Part shown: in pieces, positions 11,926 through 21,916 of the stretch
Numbering within the stretch: position 1 is the first letter of the stretch
How the letters are laid out: every line of letters starts with the position of its first letter
From: Lingula anatina
Lineage: Eukaryota > Animalia > Brachiopoda
Length of the DNA stretch: 64,000 nt
Direction: 5' to 3'
Assembly: GCA_051362555.1 (NCBI GenBank)
Contig: CM120649.1
Coordinates: forward strand, 15,576,567 to 15,640,566
The notes under the pieces: model-generated
What the model was told of the DNA's origin: nothing
Seen by the model: only the letters and a program-made list of their open reading frames with translations
Databases searched by the model: none
Program-made: the position numbers and the translations under genes

Positions 11926-12570
11926 GGTGGATCAGTCGTTACATGTTCCAACCTTCGAATTAAAAAAAAAAATTTTTTTTTGAAGAGACACCCAAGTACA
12001 TAAAAAATTTGCAAAAAGATTGGGGGCACCGACCAAATAAGAGAACTAGGCCCAAATATGATACACCCTGCATATCGCACTAGTCCCCATTCAAATCAAT
12101 GGGAAAATGGGTGTTTTTTCACTAAAGCTTTCTTTTTTATGACTTTCTGACATTTGAAATTTTTTTAAAAAATTTTTGTGTAAAGAGGCCTCCAAGTACA
12201 TTTAAATTTTGCCAAAAAAAAAAAAAAAAATTGGGGGTCACCGTCCAAATAAGAGAACTACGCCAACTTGAGGTGAGTCACACCCTGCGTGACGCACTAG
12301 TCCCCTTTCAAATCAATGGGCAAATGGTGTTTTTCACCAGAACGTGATTTTTTATTATTTTTCTAACGTTTGAATTTAAAAAAAAACTTTTTGTGTAAAG
12401 AGGCATCCAAGTAGATTTAAATTTTGCCAAAAAAATTGGGGGTCACCGACCAAATAAGAGATTACGCCAAGTTGAAGTGCGTTACACCCTGTGTGACGCA
12501 CTAGTCCCCATTCAAATCAATGGGCAAATGGATGTTTTTGCACTAAATCGTTTTCTTTTTATTATTTTTA

Positions 12571-12603
<33 letters not shown>

Positions 12604-13544
12604 AGAGACATCTAAGTACATTAAAAACTTTTATTATGTTTAACAGTTGAAGTGAGTATACTCAGCTATTTTCAGATTTGTCATACTGATGCGAAGGTGT
12701 AAGCCATTAACTTTACAACAAAATTATTGAAGAGAGTAATAAGGGAAATACACATGCAAATGAAAATAGTTTATTGCCGTTGTTTTTTTATTTATGAATA
12801 TTACATGAACGTGAGATCGTAAAAACCCTGTTGTCAAGTAAAATGAAGCGTCTGATACAAAGTATCAAATGCGGCAGTCACGTGCTTGCTTGCGGTGCGT
12901 TCAGTACACTGACAAGTCGAGGTCAGAAGTGCACACTTTTTTCTGAACATTATAACGCAGCTTCAATTTTGAATAGTGAATTTTCTTTAAGCTGTATGGC
13001 CATTTTCTGAACATTTGTATAAGCTACAAAATGTTTTTCAGTCCAAATTTTTCTAAGTCCAAACATAGAAGTAGAGAAATGAGTGGCGTTATGACGCACT
13101 TCCGGTTTTCGTCGAAATCTAAGCTGCGTTTTGCAGCACATTCAGGGCGTTCTACCTCAAATGTATGTAGCCGCTTTGATTGGAATTTACAACACTTATT
13201 CTTTACATGATATAGCACCTATGTGCATAATTTGTGAGCTTTAGCTGTCATAGGCCTACTTTTTCTAGTGCCAATATAATTTGGAAAAGGAGCTTTTCCG
13301 ACGATTTCTTGAAGGGCAAGTCTATGAACGTGCTACAGTTGTCGTATGGAATCATAGTCGACAAATGTTGTCGAAAATCTGTATCGATCATACAGAGTTA
13401 CAGACAAGTTGATAATGTGTGTTTATTTTATAGATAATTATTTTATTTCCTCAAATTGATAAAACAGAGTGAAGTGTCGTTAGAGACGATTGACGATGCG
13501 CTGAAATTGCGCAAATCGTCAAATTACGTAACGACCGATCTACC
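11926..13544. mobile_element. Non-autonomous DNA transposon with TTAA TSD and GG termini (Kolobok-like)
   Basis: Left ttaa|ggtggatcagtcgttac and right gtaacgaccgatctacc|ttaa give a 17-bp TIR with 2 mismatches. No coding capacity was seen. Confidence 0.75.
11960..12630. repeat. ~3 tandem copies of a ~205-215 bp unit inside the Kolobok-like element, ending near a (GT)n tract
   Basis: gcactagtcccc.ttcaaatcaatggg occurs at ~12078, ~12294 and ~12498. Confidence 0.85.
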
Positions 13545-13760
13545 TTAATCGTCTTTCGTCCTCCGTTTCAATTGCTAATTTGCTTTGGGTCATTATCTTG
13601 CATAAATCTATATTTTATGGGGCATTTTATCCCCAATGAGTGGGACCAAAAGCAAAAACTCCACAAATAATTCTGCGTCGAAATGGTACAATTCACAGTG
13701 TGTTTGCAATGCATGTTAAGTTGTCTATAGTTTCAAGTTTTTAAAAAACCTCTTGGTTTT

Positions 13761-15777
13761 CTAAATGTTTGTAAGTAAGGAAGCAGTATGTTTTATTCGT
13801 GATAAAATAGTTGTTTTTGAAGTACCATCATTAAGCATTTTGAAAGCGTTTCTATAATAACTACAATAGGCCTGTTGGATAACTAAAATATCACTGTCAA
13901 AATTCTGGACATTGTATTCTGCATATTCCCTAACTAAAGGATGGATATCATATACGTCATTACCTGCACTAATGAGAGATTTGTTGGCAAGGCTGTCTAG
14001 AATATGTTCACAAGCTTTTTGGTCTAACCCCAAAATAGCAGAGACTTCTTTGAGAGTAAATGCAAAGGGAAATATATGCAGTGCAAGGAACACTTTTCTT
14101 GCCTCGGGTTCTAATGTTTCATAAGAAATATCAAAGCAAGTACTTATTTCTTTTGGCATACTGGGAACGGATATCTTTTCGGTTTGCATTTTCTTTAACA
14201 CTGCTTCTGTTGGATTGTTAGCAAGTAATGCAGCTAGCAATTTTAAAGCTAGGGGGCTATGGCCACACAATTCTGCCATTTCATCTAATGCCTTTAACTC
14301 ACTGTCCGTGGGACTGGTTGATTTTCTTTCCCACATGATTTCACGTGATGAGGTTTTATCAACTGGAGGGATATCTAACATAACTATGTAATGTGTTGTG
14401 AAATCAAACTTTTCACGACTGGTACATAACAAAGTGATATGACGTGTTGAATCCATTACACCCTTCAAAAATTCAATAAACTCTCTTCTATTTGAACTGA
14501 TAATGGGGTCGTTATTATCGAGGATAAGTAATGTGTCTGTAGTCAAACCAGACAAAATCTGCTTGAATATGTTTTTATAATCAGAGTATAAATCTTTCAA
14601 ATTTCGTGATGGGTGATAGTGTTGGACAATTGATAACTTGACAGAGTTAAGATCTGTAACTTTACTCATATCAATGAACAACACATTTTGCATGTTTTGC
14701 CCGATCTTAACTGCTATGCTGGATTTACCGATACCCCCCATCCCGGTCAGGAGAACAAGTGGAACCTTATCACTTATATGTTTCTGTATCTTGGTTATGA
14801 TGCTATCACGTCCCTTCAGCTCTGTGTTCATTCCTGGTAACTCAGTGGGCAGCAGCTGGCAAGGAGTTTCTGAAAAGTACACTGAATATTCTTATTACAT
14901 TTAAAACCTTGGGACAACCATATTAAACTTTTAAATATACTACTCGGTTGTCAGTGATATTGTAACATTAGGGTGTTATACATGTATATAAGAATATAGA
15001 ATTGATATAACTGTAATTGTTTATCCTTGTGCTTTTATAAAATTGGCTCATTTTTTATTTATGTGTCCATTTATTTATGTCTATGTGTGCAGTTGTGTGT
15101 GTGTGTGTGTTTGTGATTGTGCGTGCGAGTGCACACATTTGTATTTGTTTTTTAGCTCTGGTTGCATAGATCTAAAATATTAAGTATTTGGGCAGAAATT
15201 CACCTGAAGCTTCCAGTGGCTGAATCAGCATCATGTCGTAGTAATCGCTAGTATATAATGGCGACAGAGACAGCAGGATATCTCTCAGATCAGTGAACTG
15301 GCTCTGGAAGTCTGCGTCTGAGAGACCCTCTATTCCATGAGCGTTTTTATTGCGGTACGCCTTCACCCTGCCGACGTTGGCCTCAGTTGATTTGTCCGTT
15401 GCTGGAGGATTGCTCCATCTTGCACGAGGATTCAGGTTTGTGATATTTCTTAATAAAACTACGGTCAGAGTAATATCTAAGTCCTGCAGTTGCACAGGAG
15501 GGGCGGGGCTCCCAGGAGGGTAGAGAATTTTCATTTGACTTAGGGTCAAAACTTTCTTCCCTTGTAAGCTGTGCAAGTTTTGTTTCACTGTTTGGTCATT
15601 TAGGACACCAGATATGTCGCCATTACTTGACGGTCCAAACAGAGCCGGGTATCGTGACTGTAACTGGTTACTGAGAACATCTCCAAGTACGTCATTTGCC
15701 AGGCCCAGTAAAAGCTGCATGCGAAAATTATTTTCTTTCTTCTTTATTGCAGTAACCGAGCTAGCCATTTGTGCCAT
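13761..15777 (-). CDS. HEPN-NB-ARC paralog, copy B, truncated before the TPRs (join 15777..15204, 14869..13761; ~560 aa). May be a pseudogene.
   Basis: Acceptor ttgcag|ATG at 15777. Phase-1 GT-AG intron 15203..14870 gives in-frame LEAS-E-TPCQLL. HEPN motifs DLDITLTVVLLRN and YRNKNAH, Walker A GMGGIGKS, Walker B LLILDN, TSRE, CGHSPLAL and IHPL are all present. A 1-bp deletion (gtttg-taag vs gtttgataag in copy C) causes the stop at 13761. Residual homology ends at ~13690. Confidence 0.8.
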
Positions 15778-16334
15778 CTGCAAAAATGACATAGTGGTGT
15801 AAAAGGTTCATCAGGACATTTTCTTTTAAGCTAAGATAAAAACAAAATAGATCGGTATGACAGTTTCATTATGATTTAGTTGTTTTTGTCCCATAATCAA
15901 ATTAAGTACCAGTCTCTTAGTTCAAGAATTTGGTGAAAAAACTCTGAGTTGTGCATTTTTACCTATAAGCATGGAATTTGGCACAGTTGTAGATAATGGA
16001 ATTCTAAGCCATTCGGGATATATGGGCATGTCTGAAAATTCCAATATGGACACCAATTCCGATATGGCCACCACAAATACACTTTTAAATAAAAAATCTA
16101 ATATATAGTCCTAGTTCAGCATTACCCAAACTTTCCAATCAATTACACCATTTATGAATACCGTTCTAGTATGTACAATTTATCTATCCTTTTCTGCGCG
16201 GTCACTGTAACCTTGGACATCTCTTATTATGTCCAAGTTATAACTACAGACCTGTAGCCATTACCTCCATTAATTGTTATTGGTGCTTGAGGAATATGTT
16301 CTGTAATACGTGAATCAAAATTACCAACGTACTA

Positions 16335-16504
16335 CTCTCTACCAGGGCGACTGATAGAATTTTACAGATATTCACAGATATGCCTCTAGCTAGATAGATG
16401 GTCATTTTGGGCTGAAAATGACTTCAGCCCAAAATGACCATATTTCTAGCTAGAGACATATCTGTGAATACCTGCAAAAATCTATCTGTCGCCCTGGTAG
16501 AGGG
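16335..16504. mobile_element. Fold-back MITE (Tc1/mariner-like, TA flanks)
   Basis: ~80-bp inverted arms (ctctctaccagggcgac...ggtcattttgggctgaa / ttcagcccaaaatgacc...gtcgccctggtagaggg) around a ~6-nt loop, with TA on both sides. Confidence 0.75.
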
Positions 16505-17164
16505 TACCAACGCACTTCGACCCTTTTCAAGTTGCATATCATAAAAAGAGGTCTACTGAGATTGCTGTTGCTATCATTTTACATAATGATGTTACTTTTT
16601 TTTGGATCGAAAAATCCCTTATTATGCACGAACACTCCTTTTTGGGTATTGAGAAACAAACCCGCTTTTTCACTTTTTGCTTATTGATTATAGCTTGTCG
16701 TTTGAACTGCACAAACAACTTTTTAGTCCTCTCCTCTCAATTTTAATACACCACTCAGTGACTGGACTTGAAAATTTTGAGTCAACCGCATCCAACGAGT
16801 CATAGATGGCAATAACTTTTATAAGACCATAGACATAAATACTGGCACGCCTCAGGGCTGCGTCATTTCACCTCTATTGTATTCACTGTTTACATTGTGT
16901 TGCTTCGTATCTCGATTGTTTGATTGTTAAAGGTCACCCAGGGTCACCCAAAGTCACCCAGCGAATATGCCTATGTCACCAAGTCGACTACAGTCAACTT
17001 CCACACGTATTAAAATAGCTTTATCCATCAGCAGCACGTATTTTTAATAAGAGAAATGGCTTTTTATAGATTATTTTATTGTATTTTATTTCATCGACAT
17101 ATAATATTAATTTTCATTTTATACTTCTATGCATAAATATGACAATAAATATCAAATAATATTA

Positions 17165-17637
17165 TTAAAGTTGTTTGTCAGTGCGCTCAAGCAACAGGAC
17201 GTACATGTAGTGCTTTTGAAAGTGAAAGAGGAAGGGCTTTTTGAAGAAGAAAAATGCGGAAAAATCTAGCAAACAACACGTTACGTCATAATTTAAGTAA
17301 ATATAAGCAATTTAATATATCAATTTAATGTATCAAATCTAATATATCAGAAATCGTCTACACCTAACATTTGTAAGTGAACTTACCGTAAAGTGACTTC
17401 TTGCTAATATATTTGCGTCGAGCCGCCCACTTTTTTTGACCAACTTTTCCAGGTGATGTGCTTCACTTTCTTTGCGTTATGGTTTGTCTATAGGTTCAAG
17501 TAATAAATCCTGAAAACAGCGTCTTTGAGATGAATATTTAACTCCATTTTTCGGCTAAAAAGACTCGTGGATCTACGTGTGTACTCTGTCTCTGAGTCAG
17601 AGTGTGCAAAAAAAAATGAAAAGGGGTCACATGACAA
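17165..17637 (-). promoter_or_regulatory. Putative promoter, non-coding exon 1 and start of intron 1 of copy B
   Basis: Homologous to ~29965-30420 upstream of copy C. Minus-strand donor acg|gtaagt at ~17386. GTCATGTGAC motif at ~17626-17635. GAAAGTGAAA at 17218-17227. Confidence 0.6.
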
Positions 17638-17656
17638 GATCTTATCTGTACTAGCT

Positions 17657-17750
17657 TGGCTCCCCTGATGAGTCCGCATCGACGAAACACAAAAGTTGAG
17701 CAAACGGCAGGAAAACTGCCGACAGTTCTTTTTTTGTGTCGGGAGTACCA
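17657..17750 (+). ncRNA. Type I hammerhead ribozyme
   Basis: Stem I CUCCC(17660-64)/GGGAG(17741-45), extended by UGG/CCA across a UA bulge. Core CUGAUGA (17665-71). Stem II GUC-cgcauc-GAC. GAAA (17684-87). Stem III CACAAAA/UUUUGUG with an inserted CGGCAG-gaaaa-CUGCCG hairpin. Cleavage triplet GUC at 17738-40. Confidence 0.88.
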
Positions 17751-17899
17751 CTATAGAGTTGTCAGATGCAAGTCCATTGTTATGATAAAATCTTGGCTGT
17801 AGCATAGGTGCATAGGTTGATCACCATTTTAAATAGAGCCAAAGTGCAAACACTACATGATAATATTTTCATGATATGTTTGTTTTGGAGATGTATTAA

Positions 17900-18712
17900 C
17901 TTTATATATTAATCATTAACTTATCCCATGTGCATACTGGTTCATATATCAGGTCCTTCGCGTGGTATATTATCACCTGTGCGTCACAGCTCTTGAAAGA
18001 GTAAATAGTCCAAAGACGTGTGTCAACATAACATGCCACAACAGCCGAATTTAAACTGTATTCTCAATCAAGCCAGTTTCGTGCCATCTGGGTTAAAGAG
18101 GAAGAGAAGTTAAATGAGAGATATCTATGATGGAAGAGATAACTGAACTGGTTTGAAAATCCATTTGCGTTCCGCTCCATGATTTCAATTAACCGCACGT
18201 GGAAGTTTGGATCGGATACGAACACTTATTTTGAAGGTCAAACCAGTGTATCTATCTCTTCTCCCACATTCAAGCATCGTCGATGGTGCAAGAAAAACCC
18301 ATTATTTAACCCTTTTTTGCACCTTACTCGGGGATTTCAATTAGAAAGACAACCGACTTGGAACCTAAGTTGATTTGGTGAGACAATTTGCTAATGACTG
18401 ACGACACAAATATTCAAATTAAAGGTATAATGTCAACAGCAAGATGAAAACTTCCGATGACATAAAATTTAATTGAACGTTATTTTCACCTACATGTAAT
18501 TTTATCATGATTCAGCATTTTGTAAAATACTGATATTAATCATTTACCAAATACAGGTGCGCGTGCGTTTGCTCAAAGTTTATTAGCTGGTAAACTGGTC
18601 GCTCATCTCTCACGTTTATCATCCGCTAGTGGCCTTTTCATTCATTTCCATAAATATAAACGTATCAGTTAAGACACACAGTTATAAATAAGGTGTCAGC
18701 AGACATGATTAG
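17900..18712 (+). repeat. ~0.8-kb diverged dispersed repeat, inverted copy at ~38860-39670
   Basis: Colinear matches include cattcaagcatcgtcgatggtgca (~18267 vs reverse complement ~39305-39328) and ccataaatataaacgtatcagttaaga (~18648 vs reverse complement ~38898-38924). Confidence 0.8.
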
Positions 18713-21700
18713 GCACCGTGTATCAGGTATGTTGACAACCTATGCACCAAGCTCGTCATTATTTTATTATCCAAAGTGATCGTGGCATAAAACCAAAGAA
18801 CCCCAAAATAGAAAAAGAAAACAAAATACAAAACAAGGCAGAAGACGGGGGGAAGGAGGTGAGAGGACTTACTGAATGACTCCCCTTTTAATAAATCCTT
18901 TGTGTTAAAGAACATACTTTTAAAAAATCAATGTATCAAAGTAAGACAAAAATATACGATTGATTAGACTAATACTAGAATACCATGTGTTGTAAGTGTT
19001 ATGCCCGGAGGAATTAACCCTTTACTTTAATTGTGCATCATTTTTATTAACATTGCAATAAGTGGTAGAAATCACGGCAAAATATCCGAGGCAGACAACG
19101 AAAAACCTTAATTCACAATTTTGAATTTCTAACAAAATTGAATTGCATGGGCGAGAAAAAGAAACCTTTGGCAAAATATCAAAGTTCGCCAAACAGCGCA
19201 TCGGTGGTGGCACATGAAGATGAAGATGTGACATAGGTGTGGAGTTACAATCAATTGGCACGTTGTGGCATCTAGACGTGTGGTCTTTGCATTACTATAA
19301 AGGTGTATACGATTACTTTAGTGAAAAGTGCCCTTACTTTAATTATTATACGCAAGTATATTGGTCACAGAGGAAAGAAATTTGTGAAAGGTGAAATACG
19401 CTGTCAAATATTGGACAAAACTAAAGATACAAGTAAGTTTATTTTACATCTCTTGGACAATCATTGGATACCTTGTACATTTCTCCAAGTACATAATTTC
19501 ATATAGATATTCATATTAATTGTATGAAATCCATTCATTATTCTTAGCGTTCATTTCTCCAAGTGAATATTTTCATATAAAAATATTCAATTTTTAATTG
19601 TATTAAATCCATTTTTGCGTCTTTAGCAATGTTTATGTAATACACAAGCTGTAACCATGGATTCCATTGTGGTGAAGAAAATCAACCAATGATATATATA
19701 GTTACATCTGAATTGTTCCAAATATGCAATACTAACTGCCCCGGAAATTAGTATTTCTTTCTCTAATTTGATGATCTACGCCATCGACAACTATCAAATA
19801 CCCGTATGCAAGCACTTGTAGACTTAAAAAACTATTGTCACTACAATCATCTAGGAATAAAGCTATGGCCCATATTTTAAACAACATTTACTACGCTTTC
19901 TATGAGCAAACAACTTTTCAACTATCAAATTTCCATCAAAACCAATAGCAATACAATAGAGTATTCCAAGGCCTTATTTCCTTTTGTCTTTAGTTTCATT
20001 GTCAGATATCTAGATCCTGCAATAATGGTTAGATAATACCCAAACAAATGTTTATTTACCAAAGGAAATTCAAGTGTATTGTCTGTGTCAAAAATACATT
20101 CTGATTTGGCTTCTATGTATGGATCTCACACGCTGTCCTATACTTATTTTCAGTACAGCAGCATTTATGTAGCGTTAACCTTATGACTATCAAACATCTG
20201 GTATGTCAAATATTATTTCTATATTGGCAAACTAGCAACAATATCGGGCAAGTGAGAGAACAGTTTCATTAGCTCTGTAGCCTATGTATCAATTCAAATT
20301 ATTCTTTTTCTTTTTATCAAGAGCTCTTGATAAAAAGAAAAACGATAGTTTGAATAGCGGGCAAGCACTCAAGTACATGTATTGAAAAGTGCCACTATGA
20401 AATAAGTGTACAATTGGTATTCAAAATGACAGCAATATTAGTTAACCTAGAACTTAATTTCCGATAAAAAGGACAATGATATTTTTGAAATATACAGATA
20501 TTTCACCAAACAGATTCCATCTACGTTAAATATCACACTGGCAATATGTAGAATCTGTTTAGACGCCCAAACTATTGGGTTATCCTGGCAGCGTGTACAA
20601 GACAATATACTAAATCAGTCACTGGCTTCACTTCAGCTCAAAAAGAACTTAATTACAAGAACATAAGGTTGATAAGAGAGAAACTGCTCGTCATCACAGT
20701 TCACACACACAACTTAAAACCATCCACAAATCTCAGGGTGGTAAAAATAAGTTAACACTGGTGTGCAATTCATTTAAAAGAAAGAAAACCTGAATACGCA
20801 AATTCAAAATAACAGAAATAAGACAAAGCTCCTCTTAACACATAATTAATTCTTTAAAAAAATACTGCAAACAATTTACTCTCATGATAACTGACTTTTT
20901 TCTTTTAAAAATGAACCTTGCACTGCACAGTAGTTGCTACGGCAATCCAGCATACTGTTATGGTGATTTATCAGGAAAATAAGGGCTTGAAGCTATTAAG
21001 CATCAGGTTTCATGGGACATTGGTCCTAAGAAATGATATTACTGGGTTAACCAATCTTTATCTTCTACTCCCCAGGAGGTGTGTGTGTGTAGGGGGGGGG
21101 GAGCTAGGGCGGGGGGGGGGACCTGAATGATCCAGCACATAGGCGTGGTGACAGGTGGTAAAGCCGATCAGAGCCCCCAATTTTTGCTGGTAAATATCAG
21201 TTAATTTTATCTACAGCAATTGGCAAATGAAACTTCAATGGTCTTTGGGTTATGCTTGTATTGGATTATGACAGCCTTGATGTAGTTAAAGCAGGGGCGG
21301 ATTTAGGCAATAAAGATAATTTGGAAGCCTGTCAGAATATAAAATGGATAATAAGTGCCTGTATGTGACTTAGCTACAATGCAGAACTCACATTGAGTCC
21401 TAGAACTGAGGGAAGTATATGTAAAGAGCACAACACGGTGATTGGATAACAGAGAGGCGAAGGAAGACAAATATGAAGGAACAATGTGTCTGGATGAAGG
21501 GCGTGAGAGAAAAAAAACACGTTAATCGATTGCTTCGATGAAGAGAATGTTCCCACAGTGTACTGGTAGTTTGCACTCTTAAAAACTTCCAAGACAATTA
21601 ATTAAGAAAATACATTTGGCTAGAAAGACTGGAGAAGAATATTGTGATGATTAAAGAGGAGTAAATAATACACTCCATTCCATGTAACACCCTTTACTAT

Positions 21701-21916
21701 CACATTATCAACGACTCCTTGTCTGTGTCACTATGGGAGCTCTACCAGAGATAGTCTTACTTAAACAATGGCTGGTAAAGGTAAACAGCACCGTAAGTAA
21801 TGCCTGTATGCGCCAGTCTCATTGAAATACAAACAGACTGGTGTTGGAAATAAAGGGATTTATAAAAAGTTGTTAACCATTTGAGACATGGGTGAAATGC
21901 ATGACCCAATAAGCTG

